A stretch of 64,000 bases of DNA from Scyliorhinus canicula. Lineage: Eukaryota. The position numbers and the translations under genes are program-made. Positions 50,285 through 61,547 of the stretch are shown one piece after another. The DNA lies in assembly GCF_902713615.1 (NCBI RefSeq), contig NC_052157.1, positions 130,243,425 to 130,307,424 of the forward strand. Reading direction: 5' to 3'. A model generated the notes under the pieces. The model was not told where the DNA came from and searched no databases. It saw only the letters and a list, made by a program, of their open reading frames with translations. Each line of letters begins with the position of its first letter. Positions within the stretch are counted from its first letter, which is position 1.

Positions 50285-51530
50285 ACAATAGGAGCAGGAG
50301 TAGGCCACTCGGCCCCACTGCAACATTCAATAAGATTATGGCTGATTTTAATCTCCCACCTACCCCTGACACCTTTCGCTCCCTTTTTTTTTATCAGCAA
50401 TCTATCTATCTTTGCCTTAAAAATAATCAAAACCTCTGCTTCCACTGTCTTTTGAGGAAAGAAGTTTCAAAGACAAACCACCCTGAGAGAAACAAATTCT
50501 TCTCATCTCTGCCTTCAATGGACCACCCTTTATTTTTAAACAGCAACCCCAGTTCTAGATTCTACCACAAGAGGAAACATCCTCTCCGCATCCACCCTGT
50601 CAAAACACCTCAGAATCTTATCTGTTTCTATCAAGTCACCCCTCACCCTTCCAACCTCTAACAGATAGAAGCCTAGCCTGTCCAATCTTTCTGCAAAAGA
50701 CAACCCATGCATTCCTGGTATTAATCTAGTCAACATTCTCTGAACTGCTTCCAATGCATTGACATCCTTCCTTAAATTCGGAGACCAATACGGAACATAA
50801 TACACTAGGGGCAGTACGGTAGCATTGTGGAAAACAGCTAACTGAGAATGGCTAGCCAGTGGAAACCAGAAGCGATAGAAGTTAAATCATGAAAAGCACG
50901 GTAGCATTGTGGATAGCACAATTGCTTCACAGCTCCAGGGTCCCAGGTTCGATTCCGGCTTGGGTCACTGTCTGTGCGGAGTCTGCACATCCTCCCCGTG
51001 TCTGCGTGGGTTTCCTCCGGGTGCTCCGCTTTCCTCCCACAGTCCAAAGATGTGCAGATTAGGTGGATTGGCCATGATAAATTGCCCTTAGTGTCCAAAA
51101 TTGCCCTTAGCGTTGGGTGGGGTTACTGGGTTATGGGGATAGGGTGGAGGTGTTGATCTTGGGTAGGGTGCTCTTTCCAAGAGCCGGTGCGGACTCGATG
51201 GGCCGAATGGCCTCCTTCTGCACTGTAAATGTCTATCTATGTGGTCTCTTCAATTATCTGCACATTTGAAACATCACCTCCTACTTTTATATTCAACTCC
51301 CCTCGCAATAAACAACAGCGATCTATTAGCTTTCCTAATTACTTGCTGTACTGCATAACAGTCTTTCTCAATTAGTGCACGAGGACACTCCGATCCCTCT
51401 GAATCTTAGAGTTCTGCAATCTCTCATCGTTTACATAATATGCTTCTCTTCCTGCCAAAATGGACAATTTGCCCACAATATGCCCCATTTGGCAGAGCTT
51501 TGCCCACTCACTTAACTGACCTATGAATGT
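50285..51530 (-). mobile_element. CR1 fragment with an inserted V-SINE (50808-51240, + strand)
   Basis: YWSPNLRKDVNALEAVQR and RGDLIETDKIL motifs. Confidence 0.85.
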
Positions 51531-52329
51531 CTCAGCCGCACTGTGGATGGTCACCAAAGTCATCCATGGGCAAATGGTGTAGCAGACCTGGAGCTTCTCT
51601 CTTGTGCAGAAGCAAGTGAGGGGGCCGCACTATTCCAGAGCACTCGGAAACATTTGACGAAATCTCCACAATAGCCACCAAGCGAGTCGCAGGTGTAGAT
51701 TTAGTGTTTCTGTTCACTATATGGGTGGGATTTACTGACTACCCCGCTGTTGTCATTAGGATTTTGCGTTGACAGCACCCCTCGTGGCCAAGAAACCCAT
51801 ACGCCAGCGTGGGGCCGGTATTTCCCGCCTTCGTGAACAGCCGGTAAATCCCACCCTCTGTCTCATATTGATTATGTTAATAAACCTAATGTTTACAATG
51901 CCTCATGCAGAAATTCATTCAACATGTAATTTTCCTTGAACTTCTTTTGGCAGATAAACGTGAGTTTAATAATGGGAGGCGGGGCAGGATGCTCAAATGT
52001 CAAGGACTCGAAACGGTGAATGATAAGACGCTGCCACGAATCTCACGGTCCACACGACAAAATGTTGAGGCAAATGCAGTGCCTGCATTTCTGAGGTTTG
52101 GACTTCAGAACCAATTGGAAATTTTCCTTTATCTAGGCTTCCTTTGTATCACAGCCATTCTTGCAATCACATCCCGGGTGTCACACCTCTATATCAGGGT
52201 TCCCCCCACCTCATCTTCCCCTCATCCTCAGATCAATGACTGCAATTTGTCATCCCCTCTTCCTCAAGGGCATCCTCTCTCCGAATGGTGAGGTTATGCC
52301 AAGACCATGAGTGGCACTGATAATTTTTT

Positions 52330-52620
52330 TAACTCAATTCATGGGATGTAGGTTTCACTGGCTAGGCCAGCATTTATTGCCCATCTCTAATTGCCCTTGA
52401 GGAGCTGGCGGTGAACTGTCTTTTTGAATCACTGCAGTCCATGTGGTGTAGGTAGGCCCACAGTGCTGTCAGAGAACGAGTTCCAGAATTTTGATCCAGT
52501 GACATTGAAGGAACGGTGATATATTTCCAAGTCAGGTTGGTGAGTGGCTTGGAGGGGAACTTCCAGGCGGTGGTGTTCCCATGTGTCAGTTGCCCTTGTC
52601 CTTCTAGATGGTAGAGGTCG
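52330..52620 (-). mobile_element. 3' end of an L2/CR1-clade LINE
   Basis: Homologous to 4600-4850. Confidence 0.7.
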
Positions 52621-53084
52621 TCTGAGACGCCTTGGTGAGTGACAGAGGATAGTTCTTGCCCCGAATGCCGGCTCACCAGCTGATTCGCCGGGACTGCCCT
52701 TGCCAACCCCCCACTAACAAGGTCGAGCTGCACTTAAGCTGCACTTGCTCAGCCAACCCCAGCCAGCTCTCGACAATGGTGTCGAGGAGATCAACCCCAA
52801 GATTGGCTCCCCCAATGCATTCCCCCCACCCCCACCCTCACCCTCCCATGATGGCCCACCTCTGCAGAGGATCCCCCACGCTCTGCCGAGCACTGGAGTG
52901 GCATACCCAGCACACCCGGGCTCTTTACCTGTGAGCAAAGATGGCTACTCACCTCCTCAGCTCCCCACAGAAGCTCTTCTGAGAGGTTCACGTTTTTAAA
53001 AAGGAGTACTGATTGGTGCCAACGTGATCACTTGCTGGGGAGGTCGCTGAATGACTTGTGCCCTTAGTCTCAGAAATTGAGAAT

Positions 53085-54350
53085 TCCCCCCCATATGTTT
53101 GAGCCGGCAAGTTTGGACGTCAGGTTTAGGGGATGGGAGAAGGAGGAGCTGCAAGGGATAAGGGATTTTTTTTTGGAAGGACGATTTGCGAGCTTGGAGG
53201 AGCGGTCAGATAAATTTGGGCTTTCGCCGTTGAATGCGTTGAGGTATCTTCGCAACCTCGCAAAAAATGACCTTTCCAACATTCCCTGTGGTGCCGCCAT
53301 CCTCGTCGCTGGAGAGGGTTTTTTCGCTTGCAGGGATGGGGAAGGGGAGTACCTCAGAGATTTATGGAAGGATTATGGTGGAGGACGCAGTATCGATGGA
53401 ATGGATTAAGGTCAAATGGGAGGAGGATTTGGGGGTGGAATTGGAGGATGGGGTGTGGTGTGAGGCTCTGCAGAGGGTGAATGTTACATCTTTGTGTGCA
53501 AAATTAGGGTTAATACAGTTGAAGGTTGTGCATAGGGCTCATTTGACTACTTCGAGGATTAAAAGGTTGTTTGCGGGAGTGGAGGATTTAAAAAAATTAC
53601 TTTTTCTTAATTTTCTAATTAAGGGGTAATTTAGCATGGCCAATCCACCTACCCTGCACATCTTTGGGTTGTAGGGGTGAGACCGACGCAGACACGGGGA
53701 TAATGTGCAAACTCCGCACGGACAGTGACCCGGGTTTGGGATCGAACCCAGGTCCTCAGCGCCATGATGCAGCAGTGCTAACCACTGTGTTGCCATGCCA
53801 CCCTGGAGGGAGTGGAGGATAAGTATGAACCGTGTGGTCATGTCTGGTCATGTCTTAAGCGTGGGAGGTTCTGGGTCTCCTTCTTTAGCACCATGTTGGT
53901 GATTCTGCAAACTGAAGGGAAGCCCTTGGGGGCGATATTTGGGGTATGAGACCTGCCGGAACTGCAGACTGAGGCGGGGGCTGATGTTCTGGCCTTCGTC
54001 TCACTGATTGCGGATCATGATGGGGTGGAGGTCAGACACTCCACCCAGTCCCCCGGTAAGGCTGGTGGATCTTATGGGGTTTTTATACCTCGAGAAGGTC
54101 AAGTACACCGCAAGGAGGTAATTGTGGGGTGGCAGCCGTTTATTCTGTATTTTAAAGAGCTGGTCATCATTAGTTGTGAGGAAGGGGGGGGGGGGGGGGG
54201 CATGGGAGAGGAGGGAGTTGGGAGGGCTTTTTGTTTGTTGAGGGTTTTTTCGATTAGAGGAGATGTGGGGCGGTGAGGGAATAGTTTTGGACTGTTTAGT
54301 ATTGCTCTATTGCGATGTATAAAATTGAAAATGTTGAATAAATTTTTTTT
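53085..54350 (+). mobile_element. Diverged L1 3' fragment with a nested poly(A) V-SINE (53588-53803, - strand)
   Basis: LIQLKVVHRAHL motif; SINE TSD gggagtggaggat. Confidence 0.85.
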
Positions 54351-54771
54351 CTTGAATGGTTCAGCTAGAGACGATAAATCTGGTTAACAAGATTATAGTT
54401 TTAAAAAAACAGGAACCCCCGCTGTGAAACACACGCTCCACGTGTTTTATTGCTCTCACCATGTTTAATTTGAGAGGTTAGCAAGCTTAAATATTTCATT
54501 TAATTACATTTGAATAAGGTTGGGTGGGGTCTCAGTTTCGAGCCCTGCCTGCCAGCCACAATATCTAAATCAGATGTGATGACATCAGGAATGTGACCCG
54601 ATGCCAATGTGGGCAATAATATGTCGGCGCAGGGACTTAACAGTCCTATTTTCCGAAAGTTATATTCAATGCTTCATCTCCACAAGGTCTGTACGGTGGA
54701 GATTCCTACCAATACTGCCATAGACTGATGCATCTGCAACAGTTAGATTGGTGGGGATGAGGCCAAGTGTG

Positions 54772-55828
54772 TGTTTTAAGATCCTCGACCAGACCCCAAC
54801 ATTTGTTCAGCTACCAGACAAAAACTCCAAACATTTTTTTTATATCTGTAAATCTTTGAGGAAAAGATACTTCACCCCAGAGTGATGACGCTAAACAATA
54901 GGTATCTGTTCTCCTAAAGCCAAGTTTAATTTAAACACAAAATTATCCCCATTAACATCAAAGAAAATAGCTTTAAAAGTATCAGTTAAGCAGTTCATAT
55001 TAAAAAGGAAACACTTACATTTACTGTCTATACCTGCGACTAACTCCAATTAAGCAACACAATTAAGGTCAAATGCAATAAATAAAATTAACAAAACAGA
55101 TGTATTTGCTCAGTTGTATAGAGACATTTGGAGAGAGATACCCTTTCAGGAGCAGAAGCAGTACAACTCTGTTCGTCCTATCAGCATTTCACGAAATGAA
55201 ATGAAATGAAAATGAAATGAAATGAAAATGAAATGAAATGAAAATGAAATGAAATGAAAATCGCTTATTCTCTCGAGTAGGCTTCAATGAAGTTACTGTG
55301 AAAAGCCCCTAGTCGCCACATTCCGGCGCCTGTCTGGGGAGGCTGGTATGAGAATATGCTGTTCAACTTAAAATCATTCTGTCTTGTCAGACTTAAAACC
55401 GATGACGAACTACTAAACTACAGGCTCCTCCCATCACTTACATCATCTGCATCCCACTAAGATGTTACATGACCTGATTAGCTCGGACTAAATACAACCT
55501 CTCAAATTATCTACTCTCCAGGGAATCTCCAGCAATCATAAAAATGTTCCATTCTTCCATTAGCACTCTGTATGTAAATGATTAGAATCAATCATGACCT
55601 CCCCTTTTACAACTTCCTAATTACAGCTTTAATACTAATAAACTTTATTATTGTCACAAGTAGGCTTATATTAACACTGCAATGAAATTACTGTGAAAAT
55701 CTGGATACCTTAACCTAGGATCTTTAATAATATTACTGCAAAAAATATATAACTTAACCCAGATTTAATAACATTACTGCAACAGATATAAAATTTAATA
55801 TGTATATCAATTTCTTACATTCATCACA
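54772..55828 (-). mobile_element. Probable solo LTR with nested SINE fragments
   Basis: Minus-strand tgtgatgaatg...cttaaaaca termini; no clear TSD. Confidence 0.45.
55193..55261. repeat. (GAAAT)n microsatellite, expanded SINE tail
   Basis: Directly visible; continues into second-family SINE sequence. Confidence 0.9.
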
Positions 55829-55903
55829 TTTTTTCCTTCTTATTATTTCTCACCAATCTGGACATATCTCCTTTAGGACTTGGTTAATAATGGATGTGGG
55901 TGA

Positions 55904-56130
55904 GGGCAGCACAGTGGCACAGTGGATAGCACTACTGTCTCTCAGCACCGAGCTCCCAGGTTCGATCGCGGCTCTGAGTCACTGTCCGTGTGGAGCTTGC
56001 ACATTCTCCCCATGTTTGCATGGGTTCCACCCTCACAACCCAAAGATGTGCAGGGTAGGTGGATTGGCCACACTAAATTGTCCTTTAATTGGAAAAAAAA
56101 AATTGGACACTCTGAATGTACTTTAAAAAG
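55904..56130 (+). mobile_element. V-SINE, poly(A)-tailed variant
   Basis: Head, shortened core, A-rich tail; flanking repeat taatggatgtgg. Confidence 0.85.
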
Positions 56131-56150
56131 TAATGGATGTGGTCATCATT

Positions 56151-56744
56151 GGGGCGGGATGGGGACCTGGGGCTGAAATAGTGTTCGGCAATTCGGCCAG
56201 AGAATCCCCATTCACGACCGAATGGGGGGGCATCGCCGCTTTTGCGATGCTCCACTCCGTCCAAAGCGACATTGCCTGAGGCCTGCCTCCCAATACACCA
56301 CCCCCAACCGACCGAGTTCCCGATGGCGTTGGTTGTGTCTCATCCGTCGGGAACTCGGCGTGGTTGCTGCGGACTCAGTCCAGCGCCACAACAGTCGGGG
56401 GAGGGCAGATCCACCGGCAGGGAGGGCTTTGCCAGTGGCTGGGGCACTTTGAGGGTGGTCCGGGGCGCGCCAGGTAGCCAAAGGGGGTGCACTATCTCGC
56501 AGGCCGGGTCCACGAGCAGCCAGCGCCATGTTGCATGGTGCAGCCGCTGCAGGCCGCTGCTGTGCGCATGCGTGGCATGGACCCGGCAATTCTCCGGGCC
56601 AGGTGCTCGGCGCTGCCTTGATGCTAGCCCCCAGCCAAACGGAAAATCGGGGGCCGTTTTATGCCATTTTGGCTGTCATAAAACGCCACTGTTTCCACGC
56701 CGGCGAGGCCTCAAAATCGAGCCTCAAAACCGGAGGATCCAGCC
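56151..56744. mobile_element. GC-rich Harbinger-type MITE
   Basis: Ends ggggcgggat / ggaggatccagccc; interior related to 1586-2071 and 10385-10815. Confidence 0.6.
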
Positions 56745-56904
56745 CATCATTTGTTGCCCATCCCCAACTGCCCTTGAACTGACTGGCTTGCTAGGTGATT
56801 TCAGCGGGCAGTTAAGAGCCGATCACGTTACTGTTAACAGTTTCAGAAATACACCACTCAACCGTCTTTATGGAGATAAAGCATGCCCTTAATTTGGTGT
56901 ATCC

Positions 56905-57262
56905 AGGGAGGTGGTTGGCATAGTGATATTGTCACCGGACTAGTAATCCAGAGACCCAGGTAATGCTCTGGGGTTCCGAGTTCGAATCTCACAAGGGCAG
57001 ATGGTGAAATTTGAATTCAATAAAAATCTGGAATTAAAAGCCTAATGATGACCACAAAGCCATTGTCGATTGTCGTTAAAAACCCATCTGGTTCACTAAT
57101 GTCCTTCATGTGACACCAGACCCACACAGCGATGTGGTGGACTCTTAACTATCCCCCACTGAAATGGCCTAACAAGCCACTCAGTTCAAGGGCAATTAGG
57201 GATCAGCAACAAATGCTAGCCCAGCCAGCAATGCCCACATCCCAAGAATGAATGTTTAAAAA
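56905..57262 (+). mobile_element. tRNA-derived SINE with an L2/CR1-type tail
   Basis: Head with B-box-like gagttcgaatc; tail gggcaattagggat...gcccacatcccaagaatgaat shared with the LINE end at 4600-4850. Confidence 0.75.
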
Positions 57263-57477
57263 CTGCTCCCCGAGGACTCTGAGAATCATCCCACTGGGAT
57301 TGGATCCAATCACCATCTGTCACCGGGCAGAGTACAGCATTTTGGCCAATTCAAACTGAGTCCCACCCCTTCCGTCTCTCTGTTACTGAAAAGTCTGAGG
57401 TCTCCTGTTCAAACTAGCAGAGACAGCACAGTATTCTCGCCTGTTAACTTCTGAATTCCTCACTGCTGGTTGACTTA

Positions 57478-57803
57478 GACATAGAACATAGTGCGGGGGC
57501 GGGGGAGACCATTCGGCCCATCGAGTCTGCACCAACCCACTTAAGCCCTCACTTCAAACCCTATCCCCGTAACCCAATAACCCCTCCTAAACTTTTTGGT
57601 CACTAGGGCAATTTATCCTGGCCAATCCACCTAACCTGCACGTCTTTGGACTGTGGGAGGAAACCGGAGCACCCGGAGGAAACCCACGCACACACGGGGA
57701 GAACATGCAGACTCTGCACAGACAGTGACCCAGCAGGGAATCAAACCTGGGACCCTGGCGCTGTGAAGCCACAGTGTTAGCCACTTGTGCTACCGTGCTG
57801 CCC
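57478..57803 (-). mobile_element. HE1-type V-SINE
   Basis: Head, V-domain, CR1-type tail. Confidence 0.88.
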
Positions 57804-58125
57804 ATTAATCATCTGTGGATAAAAAATGATGGCAAAATAAAAGAAAGGGGAAGAGAATAAACAGGAAGGAGCCTTACAATAATTGACTTTAAATTACACC
57901 ATGTTGCCAAAATGGGATTTTAACACATTTCACTGATGCTGGGTCTCCAGCAAAATGGGTTTAACGATATTGTTATGCTTCCAACCCTGTGTGCTGGCAC
58001 TTTAAGGAGACCCTTTTTCTGCTGCAACATTTTATTCAAGTAACAGCTGCAGTAAACATTTTAACAATTAAGAGGAAAAGATAAGGTAATGGTGAAAATA
58101 AAGGTCATTGAAACACACCCGATTA

Positions 58126-58790
58126 CACCAACCCACCCTCGCAGCCGGACTGCACCAACCCACCCTCGCAGCCGGACTGCACCAACCGACCCTCGCAGCC
58201 GGACTGCACCAACCCACCCTCGCAGCCGGACTGCACCAACCCACCCTCGCAGCCGGACTGCACCAACCCACCCTCGCAGCCGGACTGCACCAACCCACCC
58301 TCGCAGCCGGACTGCACCAACCCACCCTCGCAGCCGGACTGCACCAACCCACCCTCGCAGCCGGACTGCACCAACCCACCCTCGCAGCCTGACTGCACCA
58401 ACCCACCCTCGCAGCCTGACTGCACCTACCCACCCTCGCAGCCTGACTGCACCAACCCACCCTCACAGCCGGACTGCACCAACCCACCCTCGCAGCCTGA
58501 CTGCACATACCCACCCTCGCAGCCTGACTGCACATACCCACCCTCGCAGCCTGACTGCACATACCCACCCTCGCAGCCTGACTGCACATACCCACCCTCG
58601 CAGCCTGACTGCACATACCCACCCTCGCAGCCTGACTGCACATACCCACCCTCGCAGCCTGACTGCACATACCCACCCTCGCAGCCTGACTGCACATACC
58701 CACCCTCGCAGCCTGACTGCACATACCCACCCTTGCAGCCGGAGTTCTCCAACTCACCCTCGCAGCCTGACTGCACCAGCCCACCCTCGC
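58126..58790. repeat. 27-bp minisatellite, about 24 copies
   Basis: Unit caccaacccaccctcgcagccggactg, with variant cacatacccaccctcgcagcctgactg. Confidence 0.97.
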
Positions 58791-59244
58791 GTTATCTGAT
58801 TGCCTTCACATCCCCTGATTGCACCAATCCATCCTCGCAGCCCTGTACTGCTCTTCTCACCTGGTCTGGCCTTCATGGGACATCAGATCCACAGCAACGT
58901 GCTAGACTCTTAACTGCACTAGAAATCTCATTGCTCCTCCAACCCACCCCATGCATCTTCTTACTCCTTTTGAATTACCCACCGTCACATAAAACATCCA
59001 GTAATGAGTTCCATTCTCACACTACACCCGAATAAAACCTGCCATTCGCATATTTTCTTGAGCCGCTGCCTGCTAATGAAATCATAGATTTTGCTTAAAC
59101 TTAAAAAAGTGAAACAATATCAGAGTCTGGCTTACTCAATAAAGGTTTTGTAACAATGAGAATATCTCTTACTAGCCAAGGGGCCCTCTAATATAATCAG
59201 TTACTTGACAAACAACTGCAGGAACCAGGTAGCTTGCACATTTC

Positions 59245-59250
59245 TTTATT
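59245..59250 (-). terminator. Candidate distal poly(A) signal
   Basis: Minus-strand AATAAA followed about 28 nt later by GU-rich gttgtttgtc, at the end of an AU-rich, UTR-like stretch. Confidence 0.4.
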
Positions 59251-59994
59251 GATTTAAAAAAAAGTCAGAAAATTAACTGGAAAAATATCTGGTTCGAAAA
59301 GTTTTAAAATATTTTTCATTTACATATCGATAGCGATAATCCAGTTCTCACTAATGTCGTGATACATCCATACTGTTAAAATTACAAACTTTTGCGAACC
59401 TTATTTACATGTTTGCATGAATTACATTTTGCAAATGTACAGAAATATTACAGGATTTCTTTACTGCTCACATATTTAAAAGAATAACAGTTCGCATTTG
59501 CCATATCTTGCCATTAACATACGACATCAAATGATACTGGCAGTAACATTTCCCCAAAACCAACCATTTTAACCTTGGTCAAACTTATGCAAACTATTCA
59601 ATGAAGCCTTTGTTTATTGCTCCTAACAGTGGGACATCTCTTTTGCTTTGTTGCCACTTCACTTAAGGTTGAATACACAAGTGTTCGAAAGCAGCTGATC
59701 ACAACTATGCTGCTCTTCACCAGTGTCATGTCTGCTGAAACTCTTGAAATGATTGAGGTTATGCCACTCTTTTGTACTCCCTCTTGCTCTCCTCCCCTCA
59801 AGGCTTCCGGCACAAGCCCAAATGATAGCACTGCAAGAGCCAGTGAAAAATATTTCCTTCCCCATCCAGCATGTTATCATTCACATTTATACAGGTATAG
59901 AGAATCATCAATGGCTCAGTGTTACAAAGGTTTTACAAATTAACACCTCTGTCCCATGTTTCTCAATCTGTGTAGCATGCAAGTCACTTTTTTG

Positions 59995-61547
59995 AGATAC
60001 CAAATGAGATACCAAATTACGCGTTAACAACCGCCGTAAACAACCAGCTGTTTTGCGGTTTCTAATCACGGTAATAAGCAGTTAACTAACGCGTAACACA
60101 TAACGGTCGAATACATTCTACCATTAGCCACTATGGAGAAAAGATCTGCCAAGAAATATACTGCCAAATTGAAGCTGCAAGTCATTGGCCGCAATTAGAA
60201 GATAACGTCTCAAAGTGGGTGTCTGAAAATCGGGAAAATGGTTATATTATAACTCGATCTAAAATTAGACTTTATGCTTTACGAGAAGCAAGAAAGATGG
60301 GCATTCGTGAGTTTACTGCAAGTCCTGGATGGTGTACGCGGTTCATGAAAAGACATGACTTTGTGTTAAGAAGAAAAACAAAAATTGCACAGAGACTCCC
60401 AAAAGAATAAGAAAAAGTGACTAGTTTTCAAACATTTGTAATCAAACATCGCAAAGCTAACAGCTATCAGTTATCGTACATTGGAAACATGGATGAAACA
60501 CCCGTGAATTTTGATATGCCATCAAACTCAACTGTTAATAAAGTCGGTGAGAAAAGTACTTTTATCAAAACTACAGGGCATGAAAAGACACATTTTACGG
60601 TTGTACTAACGTGTATGGCAGATGGGACGAAACTTCCTCCAATGGTTATCTTTAAACGGAAATTAATGCCCAAAGTAAAATTTCCAAATGGTATCGTTGT
60701 CTATGTCCATGAAAAAGGTTGGATGAACGATAATGGTTGCAAGATTTAGCTGAAGAGAGCTTGGGAATCAAGAGCAGGTGGTTTACGACGCCCAAAAAGT
60801 TTACTTGTGTGGGATATGTTTAGGTCACATCGCGTGGATTCTGTTGTGAAAGCTGTTCGCGAATCAAACACCGATATAGCAATCGTTCCAGCTGGCTTGA
60901 CTAGCGTCGTTCAGCCACTTGACGTATCCATTAATAAGCCATTTAAAGACAATATAAGAAAGAAATGGAATGACTGGATGATGGAAGGAGAGAAATCATT
61001 TACGAAGGGAGGGAATATGAAGGCTCCGGATTTGCCTCTACGGTGTTTGTGGGTAAAAGAAGCATGGGCTGAGATAGATGCAGATTTGATTGTTAAAGCA
61101 TTTTAAAAATGTGGAATAGCAAATGCTTTGGATGGAAGTGAAGATGATGCTATATTCGAAGATGCAGGAGAAGAGGATGAAAATATTGAAGACCTGGAAG
61201 ATGATCAGTATGACGACTGCCTCGATGAAGAAGAATTCCAAGCTTTATTTGATGATGACACTGATAGCAATGAAAGCGAATTTGACGGATATTAGTTAAC
61301 CTGCAAAAGTTTGTTTTAATAGTTTTTTTATTAAAGTTTGTTAATTAACCTACATATGTATTACTGTTTTATATTTCATTATGTCCATAATAATGTCCAT
61401 TTGACTTTCCGATACGGTCTGCTTAACAGCCTAATCTTGACCAGTACTTCACACCCGAAATTTTGTATCTCGCGTATCATGCGACCCCCCCAAATTCAGG
61501 TCAAAATTTAGGTCTTCAAAGGTCGCATGTTACGCGAGTATATACGG
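59995..61547 (+). mobile_element. pogo-superfamily (Passer/POGK-like, DD35D) DNA transposon; decayed transposase, left TIR missing
   Basis: CENP-B-type HTH (FTASPGWCTRFMKRH). Catalytic triad IGNMDETP / WDMFRSH / QPLDVSINKPFK with 35 residues between the last two Asp. Acidic tail SEFDGY*. Right TIR ggtcgcatgttacgcgagtatatacgg followed by TA. Confidence 0.9.
60133..61295 (+). pseudogene. pogo-type transposase pseudogene
   Basis: ATG at 60133; frameshifting deletion between LQVI and WPQLE; in-frame stops at 60408, 60747 and 61104; terminal stop at 61293-61295. Confidence 0.85.

Noticed and set aside
58068-58799. Long repetitive ORFs on both strands, and CRISPR-like periodicity
   Set aside because: By-product of a stop-poor 27-bp tandem unit; no spacers, no cas genes, eukaryotic context.
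59598-59995. Four overlapping short ORFs
   Set aside because: No homology recognised; more consistent with UTR or intergenic DNA.
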